DNA of 64,000 bases from the human T2T-CHM13v2.0 reference genome, Homo sapiens, in assembly GCA_009914755.4 (NCBI GenBank), contig CP068257.2, positions 15,712,001-15,776,000 on the forward strand, written 5' to 3'. Under the pieces are notes generated by a model that was given only the letters and a program-made list of their open reading frames with translations, ran no database searches and was not told where the DNA came from. Every line of letters begins with the position of its first letter. The stretch's first letter is position 1. Position numbers and translations under genes: made by a program. Positions 44,601 to 59,020 of this stretch are shown here, piece after piece.

Positions 44601-47365
44601 GTTAAAGGGTGAGTGTAAAAGGAAAGGCTGGGTGTTTGGGGAATCAAATAGAAAATAAGGAAATTGTCTAACACTTCATTGGCAAGTCTAGAAATAAAAA
44701 CGAGACTGTTTTTTCTGTTTCTTTCCTCCTTTGTATTGTCCTTAGGTTCCTCTCTGAAGGCAGAAATGTCAAAGATGCTTTGCTAAAACCCAAAAAGTTG
44801 CTATGCAACCTACATTTAAAATTATTTCTTCCTACCTAGAATCCCAGGGATCTATAATTTTGCCATCTAAGAGAGAAACATGCCACGTCAGAAGGAAGGA
44901 GAATATGACAGCAGATTTTGGAATCAATTGTCAATGTAGTTTGCTAGCTTATCATGGTTTCTTAGACACTGTGTGAGCAAATCTCACAAATGGAACTGAT
45001 TTACCATAAAAATGTGCCTAATTTCCATTAAATCTTGTTCGTTGCTTTACTGAGGCACTGAAGTTACCAATGTTCCACTGGTTGACCCTGCGGGGCTATC
45101 TCTAGGTTATGTTACTCCAGAAAATGAATTGTGTATAAAAGAGGCCTTGGAGGAAGGCGTTTTATTCACATCAGTTGTTTTGCACATTGCTTAAGCTAGA
45201 GATGTTAGCAGCTTCTTAAAGAGAGCAGCATTAGCCAGACCTTTGGGGCAATAGTGGGAAATGGAAGTTTCTCTGTCCTATGCTTGATAGAACCATGTCG
45301 GTTGAGACACGTTTCTATCATGCATAGGGCAGGGTATAAGAAATCTGTTTTCAGAGACTTCATGGGATAAATGAAGGCTTAAGAGCCCTTCATATCTCAG
45401 TTAAAATCCCAGAGCTGCTATTTGCCCTTGATGAAGTTAACCTTCAAAAGTCATTTCCTTCTTCTAGAATAGGCATGAACCAACTCAAGGGGTTATGATG
45501 AGAATTAAATTTTAAAATCATATGTAAGGTGCTCATCCCAGATGTGGTCATCAGTATGTACATAACAAATGCCAGCAATCTTTTTGATTACAGTGATGAT
45601 GATTATTCTAATTGAGGCACTGCAATTTACCAGCAGTGTGTCCTTGAAAGCACATTTTCTTCAATTGGAAAATGAGGATAATAATATTTACCTTGCAGAG
45701 TTGTTCTGAGGACTAGAAATGCTGTATGGAAAGTAGCCACAGTATCTAGCCTCACACAGGTAGACTCTTGATAACTTGTTGTTCTTGCTATTTTCACTGC
45801 CACCTATTATTTATATAACAATCTGTTTAAACTTGAGAGAAGCCATGTTTCATATAAAGGCTGGCTTTTCTTGATATAGTAAGTTTTATACACTGTTCTA
45901 TTTGATAAATGTTCACTCAAGAGATAGATTAAATTTCCCTTTGTCTCATAAGTCTCTGTTCAAGTTACCCTAAGCATAATTCCCAAAAGAAAGTTGTGGT
46001 TAAAATCAAACCGGTGTCCACTACTAACAGCAGAGCTTATCAGCACCACCGTGAAAAAGACACACAAAAAATTCCCCAGCTAATTGAGATATGCGCTGTC
46101 AGCAGTTTGGACAAGGCAGGAAACCAACCAGGGTTAGAGGGCCTAGAGAGCATTTTATTCTCTTTGGCCTCAACCTTCTAAATATCTTATTGCCACATAT
46201 AGTTTATTAGTCATAGAAGAATGGGCTTTATTCGAGTAACATTTTGCAGAAGCTGTTAGCCATCTGGTCTGCCCACATTAGGCACCAGATTCTTGATTCA
46301 ATTATCAGTTGGAGCCACATGGTTCCAGCACATCTCTTAAGCAATGCCAAAATACATCCTTTTCAATTGAGAAAAGAGAGGAAGTTAGTGGAGAACACAG
46401 AGCCTGCAATATGGGAGAAAAACATTTAGTTGCTTTGGAAGTCCTAAGTTCCGCCTTATTTTGGCTCTGCACTACCAGTACACCCTTCCCTACCAATTCA
46501 ACCTCCTAGGCATCTATGGCTTAATAATTCCTTCACCAGAATTAACAATGTCCTTCTGCAGGTCTCTCCAGGCTCTAGAATTCTAAAAGACATTCTCTTC
46601 AACTTGGTCAATTTTTTCTCAACCAGGCATATGTTTCTAAAGATTTTTGAATTGATTGGTAAAGTTAAACCCTCCTTCAGGGAACTTAGGCCTCTTTACC
46701 AACTGTTCTCTGATATATCAGTTTCGTTTCCCTGTATTAGCCTGGGTTTCCTGAGACAAGGTAAGAGGAATTTAGGGGCAGTAATCCTAAGGAACAAGAG
46801 TAAGGGACTTAGTAGAAAGGAATTGAGGAGAGAAAGTCAAACCAAACGTATGTTACAAAACTGGTCATCACTATGGGCAACAGAGCCTTGATCCTCCCAC
46901 CTCCTGGAGACTCTCTGAGAAGCCGTGTTGATGTGATGCAGGGTTGTCAACCTGGGGGGATGAAAAAGCAGAGGACTCATCCAGTCGCCCATCTTCTACT
47001 GGTCAAGCATTGCCACATGGAGCGTTCGCACTTCCTCCCTTTTAGGTTTGTCCATGCATCAGAATGGCAGAACACGTTCCCCCAGGCATCTTTACAGGGC
47101 TGTGACAAAGAAGCCCATGGCAGAAAGCACAACACTCACAGTGCAACTAAGACAAGGGGAAGTCTAGTTTCACCTGCCATGCCTGGTAGCCACAGCAATG
47201 ACTGGATTAAAAATGATTAGAACTTCCAGAAAGCTAAATACATGGAGGCCAACAGGAAAATGAAGAAGAATTCATCCAAGTGCCGGGAGGGTGGCACACC
47301 CCTTCCAGACCTCACCCTTGTATGTTTTCATCTGGATGTTTATCCTTTAAAATGTCCTTCTTAGG

Positions 47366-47500
47366 GCCAGGTGCGGTGGCTCATGCCTATAATCCCAACA
47401 CTTAGGAAGGCCAAGGCACCCAGATAGCTTGAGCCCAGGGGCTCGAGACCAGCCTGGGCAACATAGCAAGACCTTGTTTCTAGAAACAATTAAAAAAAAA
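47366..47500 (+). mobile_element. Partial Alu (FLAM/left-monomer-like)
   Basis: The sequence ggccaggtgcggtggctcatgcctataatcccaacacttaggaaggccaaggcacccagatagcttgagcccaggggctcgagaccagcctgggcaacatagcaagacc is followed by an A-rich stretch. Confidence 0.7.
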
Positions 47501-47506
47501 ATTAGC

Positions 47507-47808
<302 letters not shown>

Positions 47809-47810
47809 TT

Positions 47811-47955
47811 AAATTAGCTGGGCATGGTGATACGGGCAGTCCAGGCTACTCAGGAGACTAAGGTGGAAGGATCACTTGAGCCTGGGAGGTCAAGACTGCA
47901 GTGGGCCATGATTGTGCCACTGCACTCCATCCTGAGCAACATAAGACCTTGTATC
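47811..47955 (+). mobile_element. Partial Alu (right-monomer-like)
   Basis: The sequence reads ttagctgggcatggtgatacgggcagtccaggctactcaggagactaaggtggaaggatcacttgagcctgggaggtcaagactgcagtgggccatgattgtgccactgcactccatcctgagcaac. Confidence 0.65.
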
Positions 47956-49471
47956 AAAAAAATTTTAAAAGGTTGGCTCTAAGGTGATAGAAAGCAGATC
48001 AGAGAGGTGACCCTGATGTTCATGTGACCTCAATGGGAAGATTCACATTAATAAGGCTCTCTTCAATATTTTATCAACCTTCATGAATGGTAAAGAAAAC
48101 TTTATCACTTCCATTTCATAATCTGAATCTTGTTTGGGGTGAGAGATATAGTTTTTTTGACAGTAAATGTATATTTTTAAAACTTTCCATGGAGCCTGTT
48201 ACTTCACAAATTATTTTTAAATTATACATTTTAAAAGTGGATTTTTAAAATATTTATTGAACATTTATTATCCTAGATATTTTTGAAGAGGCAGAATACA
48301 AAAAGAACAAAATGAGATCCTTTTCTCCAACAAGCTTATAAACTACTCAAGGGAGACAGGGTAAGACAGATAATTAAAGAGATTGAATGAAGCTAATAGA
48401 GGGAGTAGAACCAATAATGAATGTACTCTAAATTAGTAGCAGTTACTCAGCAGACAGTCATCAATGCTTCAGAATCCTAGCCAGATGTACAGAAACATTA
48501 TAGATTGACCTGACATACATAGAAACAAACATGGATACAAAAACAAACAAGAAAAAACACTATTTTCAGAAGCCAAAATTTTAAACTGCCCTGTAGGGCT
48601 GAGGTTTTAATACCCATTAGAGAATAGAGGATGTAGCTTCAGGGGCTAAAAGTGGAGGAGCTTAAATTGAGTCACCAGGTAATACTGACAATCACAAAAA
48701 AGCTTCCCAACTTACGAAAAATGCATTTAGAAAAATTATCCAACTAACCAAAATAACAGAAAACAATCTTGCTATCTATATACAAATTTAAACCACTCAC
48801 GTAGTGCAAAATTTACAAGCCAAAAAAATTAATGCTTCATTCAGACTATTGAAATTGCTAGGGTCAAGGAGAAGAAAACTAAAAACTGATCTTTTACAAT
48901 CATAACCAGGAAATGCAGAGGCTCTCAACAAAATTCTTCAGTGCAAATGGGTCACCGTAAAAAATTACAACCTTTACAAAGAAATGAACCACCATAATGG
49001 AGAATTAGCAGATACAGCAAAGAGAAAAAAAATAAGTGGTAGAATAATCTGAAAGAGACTCTAAAATAAGTTTGTGTGCATCAGTTAGCTTCTGCTGCAT
49101 AACAAAGTTCCCCAGGATTTAATGGCTTAAAACAACAACTACCTCATTTTTGCCGTCAGCAATTAGAGTGGTTCTTCTAGGCTGGGCTGGGTTGGGCTGG
49201 GATAATTACTCAGGTGGGCTCACTCCTATGTCCTCGGTCATCTTATGGATTGGCCAGGCCTGACTGCTTTAAGTTGGTGTTGTCTGGGATGAATGGGACT
49301 CCTGGAGCCCCTTTCCATGTGGTCTCTACAGCAAGCTAGTGAGGGTTTGTTCCCATGGTAATCTGAGGGTTCCAAGAAAGTAGACAGAATTGTGGAAACT
49401 TATTGAGCCTTAGGCTCAGAATTCGTACCATGCCTTATCTCCCACAATCAGTTGGCCTAAATGAGTCACAG

Positions 49472-49824
49472 GGTCTATTAGTCAATTCTCACACTGCTAA
49501 TAAAGACATACCTAAGACTGAGTAATTTATAAAGGAAAGAGGCTTAATGAACTCACAGCTCCACATGGCTGAAGAAGCCTCACAATCATAATGGAGGTGA
49601 AGGAAGAGCAAAGGGACGTCTGACATGGAAGCAGGAAAGAGAGCGCTTGTGCAGGGGAACTCCCACTTGTAAAACCATCAGATCTCACGAGACTTATTCA
49701 CTACCACAAGAACAGTATGGGGATAACCGCCCCCATGATTCTATTATCTCCACCTGGCCCACTATTGACACCTGGGGATTTTTACAAGGTGAGATTTGGG
49801 TGAGGACACAGCCAAATCTTATCA
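49472..49824 (-). mobile_element. THE1-type MaLR LTR (solo), minus orientation
   Basis: The sequence reads gtctattagtcaattctcacactgctaataaagacatacctaagactgagtaatttataaagg...ggtgaggacacagccaaatcttatca, the reverse complement of the THE1 consensus from end to start. Confidence 0.75.
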
Positions 49825-49975
49825 CAGGGCCAATCCAGATTGAAGAATTACAGGGATAGACTGGACTTCTTAGTGGAAGGGAAAGAATCTGTGATCATTT
49901 TTCTGCAACTTGCCATAATGATGTAATAACTTAAAAAGATAAAAGAAGAAATAGGAACTAATCAAGGAAGAGGCC

Positions 49976-50337
49976 TGATATGGTTTGGTTGTGTCCTCAC
50001 CCAAATCTCAGCTTGAATTGTAGCTCCCATAATTCCCACATGTTGTAGGAGGGACCTGGTGGGAGATAATTGAATCATTGGGGAGGTTTCCCCCATACTG
50101 TTTTCATGGTAGTGAATAAATCTTACAAGGGCTGATAGCTTTATAAGGGGAAACCCCTTTCACTTGGTTCTTATTCTCTCTTGCCTGCCACCACATAAGA
50201 TGTGCCTTTTGCCTTCCATCATGATTGTGAGGCCTCCCCATCCATGTGGAACTGAGTCCATTGAAACTCTTTTTCTTTATAAATTACCCAGTCCTGGATA
50301 TGTCTTTATCAGCAGCATGAAAACAGACTAATACAAA
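49976..50337 (+). mobile_element. THE1-type MaLR LTR (THE1B-like, solo), plus orientation
   Basis: The sequence tgatatggtttggttgtgtcctcacccaaatctcagcttgaattgtagctcccataattcccacatgttgtaggagggacctggtgggagataattgaatcattgggg...ttctttataaattacccagtcctggatatgtctttatcagcagcatgaaaacagactaatacaaag matches the THE1B consensus from memory. Confidence 0.8.
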
Positions 50338-50379
50338 GCCAGTATGCAGAAACAATAGGAAAATTTGGGAAAAAAAAAA

Positions 50380-50684
<305 letters not shown>

Positions 50685-52840
50685 TCAAGTGTCAAAGTAG
50701 AAAAGAAGGGATCTAAATACTTCATCAATCATTAAAGCTCTTCCCTATACTCAAGGATCTCTCAACCCCAATTTCCAGAATTAGCCTCCTTCTACTCCTC
50801 CATGTGTCAGCCAAAGCATCTCACTCTCCACAGATGGTTTTGCTTCTAAATTTCCTTCTGTCCAGAATATATCTTTTCTACCAAACTGCTCAATATTTCA
50901 ATATCTCCTTTCAAACTTCTATTTATTCCACCTACCTTTTCTTCCATGGAAATTAAAAATAGAAGTAATAGTATTTATGATTATTTATGATTATAGTACT
51001 TAAGATTCTTTATCATGTTTCAGCTACTGTTCTAAGTACTTTGCATGAATTCTGTTACCTATTCCTACAACACCTTCTCAAGGTAAATACCATTAAAGAT
51101 CCATTTACAGAAGGAGAAAAAAAATCCGTATCTTCCTGACTCATAGTTTTCACAATCTGCATGTTAACTTCCACTCTAAAGTATCATTTCTCAGTTCTCC
51201 TAAAGATATGATTTCTCTAACTTTTGGCTTTTTATTTTTCTTTAAACAGACTGACAATAGCAGGTATTGGTGAGGGTGCAGAGCAACTTACACAGTGCAG
51301 GTGGGAGTGTAAATTGATATAATCACTTTGGAAACCAACCCACTATTCTCTCTAAAATGAAGGTACACATATCCTATGATCAGAAATTCAAGCACTATGC
51401 TAGGAGATACCAAACAAATGCATGCATATGCACTAAGAAACAGATCCAAGAATGTCCACAGCATTTTTTTAATAATCCCAATCTTGAAATAATTCAAGTA
51501 TCCATTAATAGAAAATGGATAACTAAGTTCATGTATTATAAGATGGAGTACTATATTGCAATAAAATTTAGCAAACTACAAATATATGATGAGCATGGGT
51601 GAATATTAAGCACATAATGAGTGAAAGATGCAAGACACAAAATATAGTGCATGACTCCATTTATATAGAGTGAAAAAAAGAAGGCAAAATGAAAGTTCAT
51701 TGTTTGGGGATGCATGCTTAGGAGAGAAAACTGTAAACCAATGCAAAAAGGCTGTTGCCTTAAAAGTTAGTAAAGCTCTTTCTCCATATGGTAGAGAAGA
51801 AGTAATGTCTAGGAGGAAACATTTGGGGACCTTCTAGGTTCTGGCAATGTCCTATTTCATGACCTTTCTGGTGGTTCCATGAGCATTTCCTTAACGATCA
51901 TTCATTAGGCTGTACGATCTTGTTTTGTGCACATTTCTATATATTTGCAAGTTATGTTTCACAATAAAAATGTTTAAAGAAGAAATAACAAAGATATGTA
52001 GTTACTTCATATGATATGGAAGCTAAAGGGTAGGTAGTTGAGCATTCAACATGATCACACTACTGCCTCTTGGAACACTAACAGTATGTCTTGCATTAGT
52101 TCAGATCCTCCAAAAGCAGACGTGAAGATCGGATTAAATATGCAAGAGATTTATTTGAAACACCTCTTAGAGAAGGAATGAGGGGAGCTAGAAGAGGCAA
52201 GGCCGGCCTTCAGACAATGATACAAGTTCTGACAGTTTGAAGGTGAGAGGAGAGAAAGGGTTGGATAAGTAGAGTCTCAGAATGCAGGGACATTTTAAGA
52301 AGCTTCAGCCAGGCAAATGAGACATATTCAAGCCAAAGTCACCCTGTGGAAGATACCTGCTCTTTGCAGGGTTTGACCTGCTTTAATGTCCCTGCCATTC
52401 TCAGGTATTGGCTGAGAGCAGCTTGTGGGAAATGTAGCCTTTGAGGAAATGCAATGGTAGATTCAGAGCCCAGCAGCTATGCACCAGTTACATCTTCCCC
52501 ACAGCAGGAGATCTGAGCAGCACATTTCCATAACTGCTAAATCCACTAAAAGTGATGTAAATTGTGAAAAATCAAATATAGCAGTGCAAATAAATAAGAA
52601 ACACAAAACAATGTGAATTGCATAATTACTAACTTATAGTGTAAATATGAATAATGGATTCGCTAATAAAGTTTTATGATCATTTCAGTCAGTAAATCAT
52701 TGAATATATATAAAATATTACATTACTATTACTCTCATTATTACTATAACATACTGTTAGTCTGCATTGAAGACTAGGGAAACTAGATTTCATATCCACT
52801 GAGTTCTATCTGAGATTGGCAGGTAACATACTGAATGATT

Positions 52841-53216
52841 GTATTAGTCCGTTCTCATGCTGCTATAAAGAACTGCCCAGCGACTGGGTAATTTACAAAG
52901 AAAAGAAGTTTAATTGATCACGGTTCCGCATGGCTGGGGAAGCCTCAGGAAACTTGCAATCACGGTGGAAGGGGAAGCAAACACATCCTTCTTCACATGA
53001 TGGCAGGAAGAAGGAGAGCCGAGTGAAGCTGAGCTTCTGCCCCTTATAAAACCATCAGATCTCATGAGAACTCACTCTCTCTCATGAGAATAGCATGGGG
53101 GTAACCGACCCCATGATTCACTTACCTCCCACCAGGCCCCTCCCATGATACGTGGGGATTATGGGAACTACAATTCAAGATAAGATTTGGGTGGGGACAC
53201 AGCAAAACTATATCAG
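52841..53216 (-). mobile_element. THE1-type MaLR LTR (solo), minus orientation
   Basis: The sequence reads gtattagtccgttctcatgctgctataaagaactgcccagcgactgggtaatttacaaag...tttgggtggggacacagcaaaactatatca. Confidence 0.75.
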
Positions 53217-53381
53217 TGATTTCGATTCCTAAAGCCCCGAGAAGCCAGTTGAACACTTCTATTCAAAGCATTTGGCTTTGTCTTTCAACCTTGATAACCA
53301 AGATGATAAAGAATATCCCAGCAGGTGGGGATGTGTCAATCTTTATTGGTGTCCTGGTCTAGAATTTGAACAGCCTAGAGC

Positions 53382-53750
53382 AGGAGTCCCCAACCCGCAG
53401 TACCGGTCTGCGGCCTATTAGGACCTGGGCCACACAGCAGGAGGTGAGCCACCGGCCTAGCAAGCATTACTGCCTGAGCTCTACCTCCTAACAGATCAGT
53501 CTCCCATCACCCCCAGACGGGATCGTCTAGTTGCAGGAAAACAAGCTCAAGGCTCCCACTGATTCTACATTATGGTGAATTGTATAATTATTTCATTATA
53601 TATTACAATGTAATAATAAAGGAAATAAAGTGCACAATAAATGTAATGCACTTGAATCATCCTGAAATCACCCTCTGCCCCCCTTCTGGTGGAAAAATTG
53701 TCTTCCACAAAACCCATCCTGGTCCCAAAAATGTTGCTGACCACTGGTCT
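53382..53750. mobile_element. Palindromic nonautonomous DNA-transposon-like element (MITE-like); family not determined
   Basis: The left end, caggagtccccaacccgcagtaccggtctgcggcctattaggacctgggccacacagcaggaggtgagc, and the right end, cttctggtggaaaaattgtcttccacaaaacccatcctggtcccaaaaatgttgctgaccactg, are imperfect inverted repeats (ggagtccccaacc versus ggttg-ctgacc-ctg). They resemble a common human interspersed palindromic repeat that I cannot name with confidence. Confidence 0.4.
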
Positions 53751-54305
53751 AGAGAAATTTGACTTTTAATTAAAGGCATTTAACTTGAAGTTGCCACATT
53801 GTAACAGAAAGTAAACAAGCTACCAACCCAATCCCATGTGATTTAATGGTAATGATAGAGTGTTAAGAAAATAACTATCTCTAACAGTAAGGGATCCCAA
53901 CCCCTTTGCCCGAAGCAGAAGGAGAAAAGAGCAGGCATTCATGCTCGACACTCAGGTTTCTCTGGAATATTTTGTTCTCTCATTGTGTTTGTCATACCAT
54001 GATTGTGCTATTTAGAATTCACTTTCATTAGTAGACTAGGAAGAGTCTACAAATAATGAAAGTCAATAATGGGGGAAATTGAGAAAACTGGTGTGTGTTT
54101 CTTGGTGGCTGTCATTTCACTGAAACTTATTTATCCTTGGGTTATACCATGGTTTAACAGGGGAAATGTTTGTATTTCAACCTTGAACTTGTCATTGTTC
54201 ACCTGTTTCAATAGGTGAAATGCCTGCTAAAATAAAAAGTAAAAACTTCCTTGGAAATTAGGTCAGAGGTCCTTTATTACATTTTGAAGTAAATATGCTG
54301 CTTAT

Positions 54306-54609
54306 TTCTTATTCTTTTTTTTTTTTTTTTTTGAGACAGAGTGTTGTTCACCCTGGCTAGAGTGCAGTGGCATAATCTCAGCTCCCTGCAGCCTCCACCT
54401 CCTGGGTCCAAGTGATTCTGCTGCCTCAGCCTCCCAAGCAGGTGGGACTACAGGTGGCACCACCATGCCCAGCTAATATTTGTATTTTTAGTAGAGACAG
54501 GGTTTTGCCATGTTGGCCAGGCTAGTCTCGAACTCCTGGCCTCAAGGGATCTGCCCACCTCAGCTTCCCAAAGTGCTGGGTTACAGGCTTGAGTCACCAT
54601 GCCTGGCCT
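54306..54609 (-). mobile_element. Alu SINE
   Basis: A poly-T is followed by gagacagagtgttgttcaccctggctagagtgcagtggcataatctcagc and ends ggcttgagtcaccatgcctggcc. Confidence 0.9.
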
Positions 54610-55959
54610 GCTTATTTACTCTAATAGTTCTACATTTCCTTGATATTGTTCTCAGAAGCAATGGAGGCTATCATTTTAAAATGCAGTTACCTGTGTTGGA
54701 AAGAAAATTGTAGCATTTCCTTTTTTGAGGAAATGAAGTGAAAAAGTGAGCCACTGGGTTAGTCTCCAAGTGAAGAAAGTCAGGAATTCTTGTCCCAGTG
54801 GGAGAGGATGAGTTTGTTTTCAGGCATTACATTAAATGAGAATATTTGTCTCATCACTGTAAGTGTGGGAAGAAGTATGCGTGTGGATATTGGAAAGCCA
54901 GAAGAGCCCTTGCCAGGGCAGTCTTGATGGATGAACATCCTACCTGCTAGGGAACATGAAGGAAGCCAATCCCTCCCAGCCATCGTCTTTGCTCCTACCC
55001 TGGCAGTCACAACACAAGCAAGAGATTCAGGTAGGCCAACTGGATGTTCTTGCTCAAGTCTTTGAGTTATAAATAAGTAACACAAAGAAAACAAAATAGT
55101 CAGAATCCATTCACAGCCACAGTAATGGTGATAGTGTCGTGGCAAAATCACCATTGACTAGCCAGGCATCCTTTTGCTCTGTAGCTGCCCTGGTTCTTGC
55201 CCTTTCGTCAAAATTTTCCTGCAGTCTTTCATTGATTCCTGGAGATCTCCATATCCTTCTAACAAGATTTCTTCTTGCTTAAGATAACTACAAAAGCAGT
55301 TTTGCAACAAAAGGCAACCTAACTGAACATTAGCTAAGCAGGCAAAGGGGAGCTAAAATTGTAATCCCAGTGTGGGATCAGGTCACTAAACAGGAGCTGG
55401 AGGCAGAAGCTCAGTCACAGAGAGTTAAAAGTAAACACCAATGGGAAGACAAATTGCTTGGGGCTCCCCCCAGGCATCTGAATGCTAACTCTTCACCAGT
55501 TTAGCTAATTCCCTTGCCGTCAGCTACTGAAGCTCAGGGTCCCCCTGCACCCTCTGCTCTGGTCAGTATAACTCAGGAAGTGGCTACTAGTGATTCTGCC
55601 AAGAGTAAGCCAGCATGTGCTGGTCTCCATAGGAATGGAACCAGAGAAAACAGGGACCGAGAAGCTGTGAAAATCATTAGTAAAACTCTAGAGCTAGCAA
55701 AAGTTCATAAGGTCAAGAGTTTCCATGGAAGGAGGGGTCTCCACTAAGTGGGAAGATACTTCTTCCTTTAAGACAGAAGGAAAAGGTGGAAAGCTGGGGA
55801 AGGAGGCAGCAGGATTGGGGATAAGAATATGTGAGGTAAGTTATATTGGTAGCTTCTATTTTCTATGGGAAGCAAGAAGCCAGTCTGTCTGCTAAGAATG
55901 AGGGACTGAGAGAAAGAATAGAGGTTTGAAGATCAGATAAATGCTGTCAATGGTCACTA

Positions 55960-56307
<348 letters not shown>

Positions 56308-58731
56308 GAAAGAAAAAAGAATGGTTCATAAATCCAGGTGGATTGAAAATAACAAATTAATTCAGTCTAATCATGTGCTTCTCCTCCAGCAACACCATGC
56401 CCAAAACTATTAGCTGTGAGAATAATGGTCCAATTACTTAAAAGCTAAGAATATCCAGAATTAGCAGAAGGCCAAAGGGTAGAGAGAAGTGAGAGTGTTG
56501 ATAAGGGGGCCATTGGGCAATTGAAACATAGGTTTTTGGTGTATTCAGGGAGGGAGGCAAAATAGGAAGAAACTGAACAAGTGGGAAGCCAGGAAGGAAG
56601 CCAGAACAGGGAGGATGTGATGAAAAAGAAAAACATGTTACATGGAAAGGAAGGAAATAGTACAGGTAGGAGAAGTGACAAGATAGGGCTTTGTGATCGG
56701 AAGTAAAATCACAGATTTTAGAGTATGTGACTTCAGAAATGAGTGCTGGGGAGGAACAGAAGTAAAGGTCGTTCACTGTACCTAATGTAAAGCTACCAAG
56801 CATGGCATCCCAAGAAAGTTGAAGTCACCCAGGATGATGGCAGGATTTGAGTAGAGAAGACACGTGTCTGTTGTCAGTTGTCTAAATGAGTATAAAACCA
56901 TGAACGAAGAGTCAAGGGGACAATGGCAGAGAGAAAGCAGCACAACTGGGTGGTATGGTTTCAACAAGGGGGTAGCCTAGCACAATGGAGTAGAAACGAG
57001 GGTCAGAAAATATTTAAACCATTTTACATCAAAGAAATGTTTTAATTATCACAACTGTCACAACTGGAAGGCCAGAAGTTTGATGGGTTTTGAAGGTGAA
57101 TGACTTGAAGACGACCATGGCATCAAACTTTGTTTCCTTCTGTATTAGTGCTTAGCCCAGAGCTTCAACCTAACTTGACCTTGAAGTCTTCAGATGGCTT
57201 CCAGTAGCAATCAGAGCTATGTGCTCCTTGTTTACGTTCAGCAAAAGATAGAGAAACTGGTTTCTCATCTAACACTTTCAAAAGGAGAGAACTTTCTGAA
57301 ACACCTACAGGAAATTTCTCCTTGCATCTCTTTGACTGGAATTGAGTCACATACCAACTTCTAAACCAATCACTGCCAAGAAAATAGCACTTCCTTTAGA
57401 CAAGACACATCCAACTCTTGAGCCTCATATTACATCGTAACTTCTCAATAGGGGAAGGTGGGAGCAGATGTCGGGGAGTCTACCATAACCTCCACCACTC
57501 ACATGCATTTGTGACTACAAGGTTTCCTCAGCTTCTTTTTTAATGTGGCAGGTCTAGAATGGGTAACAAGTAATGACTTCAATTCTCTGAATAAACGAAG
57601 TTTTGGCTTTCTATTGAAAAATCAAGTTTGCATTGGTGACTCTGGACACACTACTCAATTTCTAACAATGCATAGAAACAGAACTCTCACAATTGCAAAT
57701 GGAGCTAAGAGTTACAAGCACATTTTATTCCATCTTGCAAAACTGCAGCAACCTTGTGGATCTCTTGCCAAGACACCAGGACCGTCTTTCTATGCTTTGC
57801 ACTAAAATTCCAGAGATTCTCCTCCAGCTACACATCCTAAATGCCATGCTGCTTGAGTATTAGGCCTCTACCTCCTACCTGCTGAAGCTGGAGACCATGA
57901 ATAATATGCAGGCCATCTAGAAGTCCTTACAGGCTCTTGTAGCAGGCAAGGGACAGGTGCACAGACCAACCAATGCCAGTACAAATACAAGACTTTCACT
58001 GTCCTGATTAAAAACATCTGGTGGTTCCCAGACAGAGAACAATGTCCCAACTCCTTAGAGCTGCACAAAGGACTAGTTGCAAACAGACACAACCAAACAC
58101 AACCAAGCATAGCAGCTTCATTGCCCACTTTGCATCCCAAATACGTGCTTGGCATCCCTGAATGCTCCTTTACATCTCTATGCTTGTGAAGATCCTTTTT
58201 CCTCTACTAAGAATTCCCTCCCCCTGCTTTTCTAACCAGTGATTCCCTTTTCTTCTTATAGGAAATGAAATATTCCGTGCTCTGAAGTTTTCCCAGACAC
58301 CTCAAGCAGCAGCTCCTCTGTTCCTCCGTGTTCCCGTAGCAATTCCCACCTGCCTCTATGGAAGTACTTCTCACACTGTTCTGTGATCATGTGTTTCTGT
58401 ACTTGCCTCTCCTAATTAGAGTGAGAGCAACTTCAAGCAACTTTATTCACTGTTTTATTTTTAGTGTCTGAAAAGTAAAAGGTATCTATGTTTGTTTACA
58501 TATAGATCATTTATCTTTAAAAAATACTTTTAAAGTTATAATTTGCTATGTGAAATCACTTCTTCCTACTTTGATAGCTAATTGTCTATTATTCATTATC
58601 AGTATAACTCACTATATTAACGCACCTAGCCAAACTCCACAGCAGCAACAGCCAGATATTTGGCACTTTAAAATAAAAGTCTAGTATTTTCTGACTTTTT
58701 GAACTTGGTTGTTTTTAAAATTCTAGCTGGG

Positions 58732-59020
<289 letters not shown>

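Noticed and set aside
46873-47220. A 115-aa ORF in unique sequence (MGNRALILPPPGDSLRSRVDVMQGCQPGG...)
   Set aside because: It has no recognisable domain or motif. It has no plausible splice or start context, no CpG island, and its composition is unremarkable. An ORF of this size is expected by chance in 64 kb analysed in six frames.
55514-55747. A 77-aa ORF (MPSATEAQGPPAPSALVSITQEVATSD...)
   Set aside because: It is short, has no recognisable family, and lies in isolation. I treat it as a chance ORF.
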